Position numbers and translations under genes: made by a program | Shown: positions 15,732-24,147 of the stretch, one piece after another | Layout of the letters: the number at the start of each line of letters is the position of its first letter | Numbering within the stretch: the stretch's first letter is position 1 | Source of the DNA: Oscillospiraceae bacterium | GTDB lineage: Bacteria; Bacillota; Clostridia; Oscillospirales; Oscillospiraceae | Length of the DNA stretch: 35,069 bases | Assembly: GCA_024404735.1 (NCBI GenBank) | Contig: JAKSPP010000001.1 | Coordinates: forward strand, 1 to 35,069 | Reading direction: 5' to 3' | Notes under the pieces: generated by a model | What the model saw: only the letters and a program-made list of their open reading frames with translations | What the model was told of the DNA's origin: nothing | Databases searched by the model: none

Positions 15732-18116
15732 TTACTGCATAACAGTGTTCTCAATCTCGCTCATCCAGCCGTAGAAGGTGGTGATGTCGGGAGTGATGGT
15801 GGAGAGGTTTACACGCTCGGAGGAGAAGATGATGGCGTTCTGACGCTGGTATACGGGAATCTCAACTGCCCAGTCGATAACTATGTCAAGGGCTGCCTTG
15901 TACATAAGCTTTCTGTAAGCCTGGTCGGTGGAAGCTCTTGCAGCGAGAATAATCTCATCAAGCTCTTCGTCCTGAATGTTGTAGTGGTTGGAGCCGGTGG
16001 AGCCGGGGAGACCTACAACGTTGGTGGAGTGATAAATCTGGTACATGTCGGGATCGACGGTTGCGCCCCATGCAGCACACCACATATCAACGGTGTCGGC
16101 ATCCAGACCATCCCAGAGGTCTGCGGAGTTGGAGAGGTCCTTAACAACGAGCTTGAAGCCGATGGACTCGAGAGCAGCGGCAGCCTCGGTGATAACCATG
16201 AAGGAGGGGTGATCGCCGATACCGTCAGCGGGAATCCAGCACTCGTACTCGAGCTTGGCTCCCTCGGGAGCAGCGGTGACCTTGCCGTTTTCAACGGTGT
16301 AGCCTGCAGCCTCGAAGTAACCGAGAGCGGCCTCGAGAGCAGCGGCGTACTTCTCTTCGGCACCCATTGCGGAGGTGTAGATATCGTTGCCGTTAACGTC
16401 AACGGAGAAGGCTACCTTGTAGCCGTCGTCTGTGGACTGGGGAGCAGCCCAGGAGGTGTTGGAGATGGGGTAGTTGATGATGGCAGCGCGGTCGCCGTAG
16501 TAGGACTCAACGCCCAGGTTACGGTAAACAGAGATAACGGTTGCAATAGCCTTGCGGAGGTTCTTGGAAGCATCGGAATCCTTTTCGCCGACATTTACGC
16601 GGGAAGCGGAGATGCCGATGTAGCCGTAGCCGAGGTTGTCAACAGTGTTAACGGTAACAACGGAGCCGTTAAGCTCGCCGCCGTTGGCCTTCTCAATAGC
16701 AGCGATGCTATCGTTGGAGAAGGAAGGATCGGAGATATCGATGTTGCCGGTGATAACGCCGTTGAGCTTATCTTCGTCGGCGGTGCACTCCTGGAACTGA
16801 ACATACTTGGTGAGGGGGCAGCCCTTGAAGTAGTACTCGTTAGCTTCGTAGTAAACAACGCCGTTCTCGAACTTAACGAACTTGTAGGGGCCTGCGCCGA
16901 GAGGCTGGGTGGTCTTTGCACGAACAGAGCTCAGGTCGCCCTTGGCAAAGCCGAAGCAGTTGTTGTCGTAATCGTAGGAAGCCTTGTCACCGTAGTAGTG
17001 AAGAGGAGTGATGGAGAGAGAAAGCTGGTAGATAGCGGTTGCATCAAGCTCGGTGAGGATAACGCGGAGGCTGTTTTCTCCGGTCTTCTGAATACCTGCA
17101 ATGTTTGCAGCGGACTCACCGGTCTGAACACCGGCAACATACTCCTCGCCGAGAGCTGCGATAGTGAGAGAAACGAGGTCGGAGCCTGCGGTTTCTGTGG
17201 CTACAGCGGTATCAATATCGCCTTCATAAGCCTCAACGATAGCGTTCCAGAAGGCTTCGGCATCTGCGCCATCTTCGAGCTCAAAGCCCCAGAGGCCGGC
17301 AGCACCGGTAACGTCGGATACGCCGTAAGCAGCGCCGTAATTGGCAATGACATAGTCTACGATTTCCTGAGCAAAGTCAATGCCGGCCTGGGTGTTGTAA
17401 TAGTTCCAGAAAGCATTGTACTGTTCCTCAGTGTAGAGGTCTGTCTCTGTGTAGCCGTCGGGGCCGGCTGCAAGGATAACATTTGCACGGGTATCCATAC
17501 CGCTGCGGTACTCTTTCATACCGAGGATGGGCTGTGCGTAAAGGGTGGAGGCTCCGTCATAGGTGGGGTCACAGAGAACATACATGGAGAAGATAACGTC
17601 ATCAATGGTGAGGTCTTCGCCATCGGAGAACTTGAGGCCGTCTGCAAGAGTGAAATCATAGTAAACGGTGCCGTCGGCATTCTCGGTGATAACGCAGTCT
17701 GCAGGTCCGTTGTAGGTGTAATCGGTGCCGTTGTAAGCGATGGTCTCGCCCTCAATACCGTTGAGAATCATAGCGCCGGTACGGTCGGAGGTGAGAAGTC
17801 CAAGCTGAGTCATTGCGGCAGCATCCTGGTCATAAGCAGACTCTGCGAAGAAGGGAGAGAACTTGCTGCTGAAGGATGAGTAACCGATAACAAGAGGACG
17901 GTTGGGGTCGGAAGCAACGGGCTTCTCCTCGGGCTGAGCGTCGGGAGTAGTGTCGGGCTCGGTTGTGCCCTCGTTGCCTGTGGTGTCTGCGGGGGTTGTT
18001 GCTTCGGTGTTATTGGTTTCGGTCTGTGCGTTGTCGGTGGTATTGGTCTTGCCACATGCCGCAAAAACGCTGAGACACATAACAACAGCAAGAAGCAGTG
18101 CGATTGTCTTTTTCAT
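15732..18116 (-). CDS. oppA: Peptide-binding lipoprotein, ABC solute-binding protein family 5 (OppA type), oversized
   Basis: The start is reset to the ATG at 18116, where an AAGGAGGA RBS lies 8 nt upstream. The signal peptide and lipobox read MKKTIALLLAVVMCLSVFAAC. A T/P/E-rich linker follows, then family-5 SBP sequence (LKFSDGEDLTIDDV, PLGAGPYKF). Confidence 0.85.
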   Translation of the reverse strand: MKKTIALLLAVVMCLSVFAACGKTNTTDNAQTETNNTEATTPADTTGNEGTTEPDTTPDAQPEEKPVASDPNRPLVIGYSSFSSKFSPFFAESAYDQDAAAMTQLGLLTSDRTGAMILNGIEGETIAYNGTDYTYNGPADCVITENADGTVYYDFTLADGLKFSDGEDLTIDDVIFSMYVLCDPTYDGASTLYAQPILGMKEYRSGMDTRANVILAAGPDGYTETDLYTEEQYNAFWNYYNTQAGIDFAQEIVDYVIANYGAAYGVSDVTGAAGLWGFELEDGADAEAFWNAIVEAYEGDIDTAVATETAGSDLVSLTIAALGEEYVAGVQTGESAANIAGIQKTGENSLRVILTELDATAIYQLSLSITPLHYYGDKASYDYDNNCFGFAKGDLSSVRAKTTQPLGAGPYKFVKFENGVVYYEANEYYFKGCPLTKYVQFQECTADEDKLNGVITGNIDISDPSFSNDSIAAIEKANGGELNGSVVTVNTVDNLGYGYIGISASRVNVGEKDSDASKNLRKAIATVISVYRNLGVESYYGDRAAIINYPISNTSWAAPQSTDDGYKVAFSVDVNGNDIYTSAMGAEEKYAAALEAALGYFEAAGYTVENGKVTAAPEGAKLEYECWIPADGIGDHPSFMVITEAAAALESIGFKLVVKDLSNSADLWDGLDADTVDMWCAAWGATVDPDMYQIYHSTNVVGLPGSTGSNHYNIQDEELDEIILAARASTDQAYRKLMYKAALDIVIDWAVEIPVYQRQNAIIFSSERVNLSTITPDITTFYGWMSEIENTVMQ

Positions 18117-18165
18117 TTTTGAATTTTCCTCCTTATAGAAAAATTTTTGTTTGGCTAACAATCGT

Positions 18166-18187
18166 AAAAAGGGTTTCCCCTTTTTAT
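18166..18187 (-). terminator. Weak hairpin after pepF (possible partial terminator)
   Basis: Minus strand: AAAAAGGGGAAACCCTTTTT. The stem is short, so read-through into oppA is likely. Confidence 0.3.
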
Positions 18188-18193
18188 ACTGAA

Positions 18194-19897
18194 TTAATGG
18201 ATAGAGCTTAAATCAAAGCTCTTAAGGAAGCTGTCTGCCTCCTCGCATACGCCCTTAAGGCATTTCTCCTCAAAGGGAGTATCAAGGCCGGCATTTTTAA
18301 GAAGCTCGGTAAAGGTACGGCTGCCGCCCTGAACGGTGTATGCCATATATGTCTCCCATGCCTTTTTAAGGTCCTTGCGGATTCTTGCCCAAAACTGAAG
18401 GGAAACTGTCTGTGCAAGGCAGTAATCTATGTAATAGAAAGGAGAGGAATAAATATGGTGCTGTCTCTGCCAGCCCTCGCCCTCGGAGTAGAAGGGAATA
18501 TCTCCGTCAAGCTTCATCCAGGGCATATAAATTCCAAGAAGCTCCTTCCATACGCCGTGGCGCTCTGCGGGGCTCATCTCCGGCTTTTCGTAAACGATGT
18601 GCTGGAAATGGTCAACCATCGTGCCGTAGGGGATGAAGGTGAGAGCACCGGAAAGATGGCTGTAGCGGAATTTGTCGGCATCCTTACCGAAGAAGCCTTC
18701 ACTCCAGCCCTCTGCGAAGAATTCCATACTCATTGAGTGAACCTCGCAGCCTTCAAGAGAGGGCCATGCATAGGAGGCGGGAATTCTCTTTCTGTTCATC
18801 CATCCGGCAAAGGCGTGGCCTGCCTCGTGGGTGACAACCTCAACGTCGTGCTGAGTGCCGTTGAAGTTTGCGAAAATGAAGGGTACCTCATAATCGGCGA
18901 TATCGGTGCAGTAGCCGCCGCCGGATTTTCCTTCTGTTGAAAGAACATCGAGAAGCTCACCCTCAAGCATTGTGCGGAAAAACTCGCTTGTCTCGGGGGA
19001 GAGCTCATCATAGAACTTCTTGCCCATGGCGAGAATATCATCGGCCTCGCCTGCGGGGCGGGGATTTCCGGAGCGGAACTCAAGGGCTGCATCCGCAAAG
19101 CTCAGGGGATACTCCTTGCCGAGGCGCTTTGCCTGCTCCTTGTAGATTTCGGAGGCAACGGGAACAAGATATTTCTGTACGGCCTCTCTGAAGGCGGCAA
19201 CATCGTTCTTGTCGTAGCAGTTTCTCTGCATACGGTAATAGCCGAGCTCCGTGTAGCCGTCGTAGCCGAGCTTTCTGCCCATTTTATCGCGAAGCTTAAC
19301 AAGCTTGTCGTAAATCTCGTCGGTCTTTGCCTGATTGTCCTTGTACCACTGTCCCTCTGCCTTCCAGGCTGCCAGTCTTCTCTCATCGTCTGAATCGGTC
19401 TTGAAGGGAGTCATCTGGGAGATGGTGTATTCCTTGCCCTCAAAGGGGATTTTTGCGGATGCAAGAAGGTCCTCGTACTCTCTTGCAAGCTTGTTTTCCT
19501 CCTGAAGCTCGGGAATGATTTCCGGTGAGAAGGTCTTAAGGGCAATCTCTCCGTTCAGGAACATAAGGTCGCCGTATTCTGCGGAAAAGTCGGGACGGAA
19601 GGGGCTCTCCAGCATGGTCTTTTCCCATACCTGCTCGAATTCCTCAAGCTCGGGGCTTGCCTCATTCCAGAACTCAACCTCTTTTGTGTAAAATTCGATG
19701 CGTGTGTCGATATCGTGGCGGATGTTTGCAAGAACGCTCATTGTGGAAACGTGCTTGCTTGCCTTCTCATGGCGAAGGAAAACCTCTTTTGCCTCTTCAT
19801 AGCTTGAGGAGTTCTTCTGGGTCGCGTTCAGCTCCCTTGCCTCTGCCTTTACCGCCTCAATATCGGGGCGCTCGTATTTCATCTCGGAAAATTTCAC
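18194..19897 (-). CDS. pepF: M3B family oligoendopeptidase (PepF-like)
   Basis: 567 aa with the zinc motif VVTHEAGHAF (HEXXH) and an N-terminus MKFSEMKYERPD typical of this family. It uses a GTG start with a GGAGAA RBS. Confidence 0.85.
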   Translation of the reverse strand: MKFSEMKYERPDIEAVKAEARELNATQKNSSSYEEAKEVFLRHEKASKHVSTMSVLANIRHDIDTRIEFYTKEVEFWNEASPELEEFEQVWEKTMLESPFRPDFSAEYGDLMFLNGEIALKTFSPEIIPELQEENKLAREYEDLLASAKIPFEGKEYTISQMTPFKTDSDDERRLAAWKAEGQWYKDNQAKTDEIYDKLVKLRDKMGRKLGYDGYTELGYYRMQRNCYDKNDVAAFREAVQKYLVPVASEIYKEQAKRLGKEYPLSFADAALEFRSGNPRPAGEADDILAMGKKFYDELSPETSEFFRTMLEGELLDVLSTEGKSGGGYCTDIADYEVPFIFANFNGTQHDVEVVTHEAGHAFAGWMNRKRIPASYAWPSLEGCEVHSMSMEFFAEGWSEGFFGKDADKFRYSHLSGALTFIPYGTMVDHFQHIVYEKPEMSPAERHGVWKELLGIYMPWMKLDGDIPFYSEGEGWQRQHHIYSSPFYYIDYCLAQTVSLQFWARIRKDLKKAWETYMAYTVQGGSRTFTELLKNAGLDTPFEEKCLKGVCEEADSFLKSFDLSSIH

Positions 19898-20086
19898 TTT
19901 TATATTTCTCCTCGAAATGAATAATTATTGGATATATTCAGCTTTATTTAAGAATAATACCGATTTAATGAATAATAATTCAAATGCTATACAAATGGTG
20001 TTAACGCAACAGAAGACAGTACCGTTTCGGATAATAAGCGCTTGTGCGGCTTTTTCCGTACTCGATACCATCTCCTGAAGAAAGCC

Positions 20087-20114
20087 CGGAATTTCGGGAA
20101 AAACCCGAAATCCG
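20087..20114 (-). terminator. Terminator of yebC
   Basis: Minus strand: CGGATTTCGGG-TTTTT-CCCGAAATTCCG followed by GGCTTTCTTC. The hairpin has one bulged base. Confidence 0.5.
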
Positions 20115-20149
20115 TGCCGAAATCAATCATAAATGAGGGAAGAGGATAA

Positions 20150-20887
20150 TTATTCCTGCTCCCAGTTGTGCCAGACGTTCTGAACGTCGTCGTTGTCCTC
20201 GAACATATCAAGCATCTTACTCATGTTCTTGATATCGTCCTCGTTTGTGAGCCTTATGTATCCGTTCTGGGGAATCATCTCAACCTGAGCGGAGAGAAGG
20301 GGATAGCCCTTTGCGGTGAGAGCCTCGGAAACGGAGGCAACGGCGTCTGTCTCTGTGTAAACGGTGAAGGCACCCTCGTCGGGCTCAAAGTCAGAAGCTC
20401 CGCAGTCAAGAGCATCCATCATTACCTCATCCTCATCGTAATCGCCGTCCTCGTTGTCGATGACGATAACGCCCTTGCGGTCGAAGGACCAGGAAACGCA
20501 GTTGGATGCGCCCAGATTTCCGCCGTACTTATCGAAGTAATGACGAACCTCGGATGCGGTACGGTTGCGGTTGTCGGTCATTGTCTCAACGATAACGGCA
20601 ACACCGCAGGGGCCGTAGCCCTCGTAGGTAACATTTTCCCAGTTGGAAGTATCGCCTGCTCCGAGAGCCTTGTCGATGGTACGCTTGATGTTGTCGTTGG
20701 GCATGTTTGCAGCCTTTGCCTTGGCAATAACGGTTGCAAGACGGGAGTTGTTTGCAGGGTCACCGCTGCCGCCTTCCTTAACGGCAACTATCATTTCTCT
20801 GGCAATCTTTGTGAAGGCCTGAGCGCGCTTTGCATCGGCAGCGCCCTTGGTCTTCTGTATGTTATGCCATTTGGAATGTCCGGACAT
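20150..20887 (-). CDS. yebC: YebC/PmpR family DNA-binding transcriptional regulator
   Basis: The start is reset to the ATG at 20887: MSGHSKWHNIQKTKGAADAKRAQAFTK..EGYGPCGVAVIVE..DNRNRT. The 42-codon upstream extension in the track ORF has no homology-like character. Confidence 0.9.
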   Translation of the reverse strand: MSGHSKWHNIQKTKGAADAKRAQAFTKIAREMIVAVKEGGSGDPANNSRLATVIAKAKAANMPNDNIKRTIDKALGAGDTSNWENVTYEGYGPCGVAVIVETMTDNRNRTASEVRHYFDKYGGNLGASNCVSWSFDRKGVIVIDNEDGDYDEDEVMMDALDCGASDFEPDEGAFTVYTETDAVASVSEALTAKGYPLLSAQVEMIPQNGYIRLTNEDDIKNMSKMLDMFEDNDDVQNVWHNWEQE

Positions 20888-21016
20888 AATGAAAACCTCT
20901 CTATAGTATATAGTGTTTTGCGGAAGCTTCAGGACCGTAAACCGGGTCTTGAAATCTGCATAATATATGGTATAATAGCCACTGCAGGGAAAGAAATCCC
21001 CCGTACAGGGCACAAT

Positions 21017-21045
21017 ATATTACCATATTTTCGTCCCATTGGCAA
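21017..21045 (-). promoter_or_regulatory. Candidate promoter of yebC
   Basis: Minus strand: TTGCCA, a 17-nt spacer ending in TG, then TAATAT. Confidence 0.45.
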
Positions 21046-21116
21046 GTAAAAATAACCATGATTTATTATCTTTTTTTATAATTGTAAAAATTTTCTTTGT
21101 TTTCGGAAAATAATAC

Positions 21117-21145
21117 TTGACAAAGCTTCTTTAATCTGTTATCTT
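21117..21145 (+). promoter_or_regulatory. Promoter of rplJ-rplL
   Basis: TTGACA (21117-21122), a 17-nt spacer ending in TGT, then TATCTT (21140-21145), which gives an extended -10. Confidence 0.55.
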
Positions 21146-21151
21146 ATCTGA

Positions 21152-21316
21152 GCGCTCTGAAGACAGCAGGTGGCCCTAAAGGCCGTAAGTCCTGCCGAGG
21201 AAGGCTTCGTAAATTCCATTGCGGAACTTAAAGTTGCTTTTTTACTGTCTTCGTGCTTAGGCTGCACGGAGGCTTTTCTTTTCTGTGGGCGTGACAAATA
21301 TCCCGGAGGTGAAACA
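21152..21316 (+). promoter_or_regulatory. Structured rplJ 5' leader (L10-leader-type autoregulatory RNA, probable)
   Basis: A ~165-nt UTR. GAAGACAG (21159-21166) makes a long-range pairing with CTGTCTTC (21245-21252). Nested helices are GCAGG/CCTGC around a GGCC..GGCC hairpin. A CGTGC..GCACG hairpin is followed by a T-rich run ahead of the GGAGGTG RBS. Confidence 0.55.
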
Positions 21317-21838
21317 ATGCCTAACCAGAAAGTTCTCAGCGAGAAACAGGCAATAGTCGCCGCTCTTACCGAGCGTATCAAGAATGCTTCTTCCGGTGTT
21401 TTCGTAGACTACAAGGGAATCAACGTTGCTCAGGATAACGAGCTCCGTAACGAGCTCCGTGATAACGGTGTTGAGTATTCCGTAGTTAAGAACACACTCA
21501 CAAGATTCGCAGTCAAGGATTGCGGTCTCGAGGCTCTTGATCCCGTTCTCAACGGCACTACCTCTCTCGCAACCAGCGCTGGCGATCCCATCGCACCCTT
21601 CCGCGTAATCACAGGTTATGCAAAGAAGCTTGACGGTATCTTCACCATCAAGGCTGCTTTCATGGACGGAAAGATTCTTTCCGAGCAGGAAGTTGCAGAA
21701 ATTTCCGCACTTCCTTCCAAGGACGCTCTTTACAGCCAGGTATTCGGAACACTCCTTGCTCCCATTACCTCTCTTGCAGTCGTTCTCAACCAGATTTGCG
21801 AGCAGAAGGGCGGCGCACCCGCTCCCGCAGCAGAATAA
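21317..21838 (+). CDS. rplJ: 50S ribosomal protein L10
   Basis: The start is reset to the ATG at 21317, after a GGAGGTG RBS: MPNQKVLSEKQAIVAALTERIKNASSGVFVDYKGINVAQDNELRNELR..VVKNTL. Confidence 0.9.
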   Translation: MPNQKVLSEKQAIVAALTERIKNASSGVFVDYKGINVAQDNELRNELRDNGVEYSVVKNTLTRFAVKDCGLEALDPVLNGTTSLATSAGDPIAPFRVITGYAKKLDGIFTIKAAFMDGKILSEQEVAEISALPSKDALYSQVFGTLLAPITSLAVVLNQICEQKGGAPAPAAE

Positions 21839-21885
21839 TTTATTCTGCGTAAGTATCTATCTAAATTATTTGGAGGAATTTAATT

Positions 21886-22260
21886 ATGGCAAGCGAAAAA
21901 GTAAATGCTCTTATTGAAGAAGTAAAGGCTCTCACCGTTCTCGAGCTTTCCGAGCTCGTACACGCTCTTGAGGAGGCTTTCGGTGTATCCGCTGCTGCTG
22001 CTGTTGCAGCTGCTCCTGTAGCCGGCGAAGCTGCTGCTGCTGAGGAGAAGACCGAGTTCGATGTCGTTATGACCGACTTCGGCGCAGAGAAGATCAAGGT
22101 TATCAAGGAAGTTCGTGGCATCACCGGCCTCGGCCTCGCAGAGGCAAAGGCAAAGGTCGAGACCGTTCCCGCAGTTATCAAGGAAGCCTGCTCCAAGGAA
22201 GAGGCCGAGGAGATCAAGGGCAAGCTCGAGGCTGTTGGCGCAAAGGTCGAGCTCAAGTAA
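21886..22260 (+). CDS. rplL: 50S ribosomal protein L7/L12
   Basis: 124 aa: [23 protein letters not shown], an Ala-rich hinge, then [31 protein letters not shown]. Confidence 0.95.
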   Translation: MASEKVNALIEEVKALTVLELSELVHALEEAFGVSAAAAVAAAPVAGEAAAAEEKTEFDVVMTDFGAEKIKVIKEVRGITGLGLAEAKAKVETVPAVIKEACSKEEAEEIKGKLEAVGAKVELK

Positions 22261-22286
22261 GTTTAACCCTTACATCTGCTTTATTC

Positions 22287-22323
22287 ATAACCCGTTCTCC
22301 TTTTGGGAGCGGGTTATTTTTTA
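22287..22323 (+). terminator. Intrinsic terminator after rplL
   Basis: ATAACCCGTTCTCC-TTTT-GGGAGCGGGTTAT followed by TTTTTT. Confidence 0.75.
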
Positions 22324-22394
22324 TTGCTTATTGCACAACAACAAAGTATCACTTTAATGCGATAATGTGCATATTCCCGTTTTCAAAAAAATAC

Positions 22395-22423
22395 TTGCAT
22401 TTGCGGTTTTAATGAATTAAAAT
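22395..22423 (+). promoter_or_regulatory. Candidate promoter of the AGCS transporter gene
   Basis: TTGCAT, a 17-nt spacer, then TAAAAT. Confidence 0.45.
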
Positions 22424-22493
22424 AGCGCATATTTTATTTTTCTTAAAATCGGGAGAAATATTATATAAATATGTATGAGGAGAAAAGAAAGAA

Positions 22494-23900
22494 ATGATTA
22501 ACTTTCTGACAGGCACACTGAACACTGTCGCATGGCTCTACATCTTCCTCCCCTGTGCTATCATCGGAGGACTGTTCCTGACCATTCGCTGCGGTGGAAT
22601 TCAGTTCAGACACTTCATCTATGCCATGAAGAATACTCTCGGCAAGATGTTCAAAAAGTCCTCTGCAGGTGACGGCGCAGTTACCCCCCTTCAGGCTGTT
22701 ACAACGGCTCTTGCCGCTACAGTCGGAACAGGTAACATTGTCGGTACCTCACAGGCTATCGCAATGGGCGGCTACGGTGCTGTTTTCTGGCTCTGGGTTG
22801 CTGCTCTTCTCGGTATGGTAATCAAGTACTCCGAGGTCGTTCTCTCCATTAATTATCGTGAGCGTGACGCAAAGGGCGACTGGGTCGGCGGTCCTATGTA
22901 CTACATCACCAAGGGCCTCGGCAAGGGCTGGAAGTGGCTTGCTGCTCTCTTTGCCGTATTTGCTGTTCTCGCATCCTTCGGTATCGGCAATATGTCCCAG
23001 GTTAACTCCATTACAGGCTCCATCCTCGGTGCTATCGGCTCCTTCACAAGCGCCGGTGCTGTAAGCGCAACTGCCGAGACTGTTATCAAGTGGATTCTCG
23101 GTGTTGCAATTGCAATCATTGTTGCTCTTGTTCTTCTCGGCGGTATCAAGCGTATCGGTTCCGTTACCGAAAAGCTTATCCCCGTTATGAGTGTTCTCTA
23201 CATCATCTTCACTCTTATCATTATCTGCACCAACATCTCCGGTATCGGTGCTGCCTTCGGCAAGATTTTCAAGTATGCCTTCAATGCAAAGGCTGTCCTC
23301 GGCGGTGCAACAGGTTACGCTCTCAAGCAGTGTGTTGTCTGGGGTCTTCGCCGCTCCGCCTTCTCCAATGAGGCAGGTCTCGGCTCTGCAGGTATGGCTC
23401 ATGCCGCTGCTGAAACTCCCTCTCCCGTTCATCAGGGTCTTTACGGTATCTTTGAAGTATTTATGGATACCATCGTTATCTGCACACTCACCTCTCTTAC
23501 CATCATCATCTCCGGTGTTGACATCTCCTTCGGCGTAAAGCCCGGCAGTGAGCTTATCACCTCTGCTTTTGCAAGCGTATTCGGCGGTAAGATTGCATCC
23601 CTCTTCATTGCAATTGCTCTTGTTCTCTTTGCCTTCTCCACTGTTCTCGGCTGGGCTCTTTACGGTACACGCTGCGTTCAGTACCTCTTCGGCATGAAGG
23701 CCATCAGAGTTTACCAGATTATCTTCGCAATCGTTATCGTTATCGGCTGCGTATCTCCCATTGACGTTGTATGGGACCTCTCCGATACCTTCAACGGCCT
23801 TATGGCAATCCCCAACTTCGTTGCTCTCTTCGGACTCTCCGGTGTTGTTGCAAAGCTCACAAAGGAGCACTTTGCCAATAAGAACGGTCTCCGCAAGTAA
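22494..23900 (+). CDS. Alanine/glycine:cation symporter (AGCS family)
   Basis: 468 aa, polytopic. TPLQAVTTALAATVGTGNIVGTSQAIAMGGYGAVFWLWVAALLGM and FSNEAGLGSAGMAHAAA are AGCS signatures. Confidence 0.85.
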   Translation: MINFLTGTLNTVAWLYIFLPCAIIGGLFLTIRCGGIQFRHFIYAMKNTLGKMFKKSSAGDGAVTPLQAVTTALAATVGTGNIVGTSQAIAMGGYGAVFWLWVAALLGMVIKYSEVVLSINYRERDAKGDWVGGPMYYITKGLGKGWKWLAALFAVFAVLASFGIGNMSQVNSITGSILGAIGSFTSAGAVSATAETVIKWILGVAIAIIVALVLLGGIKRIGSVTEKLIPVMSVLYIIFTLIIICTNISGIGAAFGKIFKYAFNAKAVLGGATGYALKQCVVWGLRRSAFSNEAGLGSAGMAHAAAETPSPVHQGLYGIFEVFMDTIVICTLTSLTIIISGVDISFGVKPGSELITSAFASVFGGKIASLFIAIALVLFAFSTVLGWALYGTRCVQYLFGMKAIRVYQIIFAIVIVIGCVSPIDVVWDLSDTFNGLMAIPNFVALFGLSGVVAKLTKEHFANKNGLRK

Positions 23901-23927
23901 GCTGCATTTCCCCGAAAATAATAATTT

Positions 23928-23963
23928 TCTCCTCCGGTTTTCAGACCGGGGGAGATTTTTTTT
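23928..23963 (+). terminator. Intrinsic terminator after the AGCS gene
   Basis: TCTCCTCCGGT-TTTCAG-ACCGGGGGAGA followed by T8. Confidence 0.75.
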
Positions 23964-24147
23964 ACGGATTTTTCCTTTAGTGAAACATATTTTGGTTTTT
24001 GCCGTCTAAATATAATGCGGTGCCGGAGAAGGAAAATATACCTTCCCTTCGGAATAATATACAAAAATGCTACAACAGAGTATTAGACTGTGCATTACTT
24101 TAAGGTATTATGCGCCGAATATCAATATCCTATGGAGGAATGACAAT

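Noticed and set aside
15726-17879. A 717-aa ORF antisense to oppA. Similar long antisense ORFs occur at 2976-4481, 10428-11393, 12005-12856, 12912-13559, 20168-21049, 22749-23870 and 8398-9108.
   Set aside because: For the two I checked (against oppA and glnN) the antisense ORF is codon-aligned with a well-supported sense gene, and the others look like the same pattern. The products are low-complexity G/V/C/N-rich sequences. The pattern follows from the strong avoidance of sense codons TTA, CTA and TCA, whose reverse complements are stop codons. They are not genes.
18117-18193. A promoter for oppA (TTGTTA..TATAAG) in the pepF-oppA spacer.
   Set aside because: The -10 candidate abuts the oppA RBS, so a transcript started there would lack the Shine-Dalgarno sequence. 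Read-through from pepF past the weak hairpin is more plausible.
19987-20211. A 74-aa minus-strand ORF in the pepF-yebC spacer.
   Set aside because: It overlaps the yebC 3' end and its terminator. It has no RBS and a composition atypical of the window's genes.
22261-22493. A glycine or other amino-acid riboswitch or T-box upstream of the AGCS symporter.
   Set aside because: The UTR downstream of the candidate promoter is only ~70 nt and AT-rich. I see no conserved riboswitch helices and no specifier/T-box sequence.
24067-24147. N-terminal extensions of track ORFs at 24067, 26758, 21170, 21013-20888, 18161-18117 and 10900-10736.
   Set aside because: In each case an internal start has a good RBS and begins a recognisable N-terminus: a signal peptide/lipobox, MSGHSKWHN, or MPNQKVL. 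The upstream codons lie in promoter, leader or neighbouring-gene sequence.
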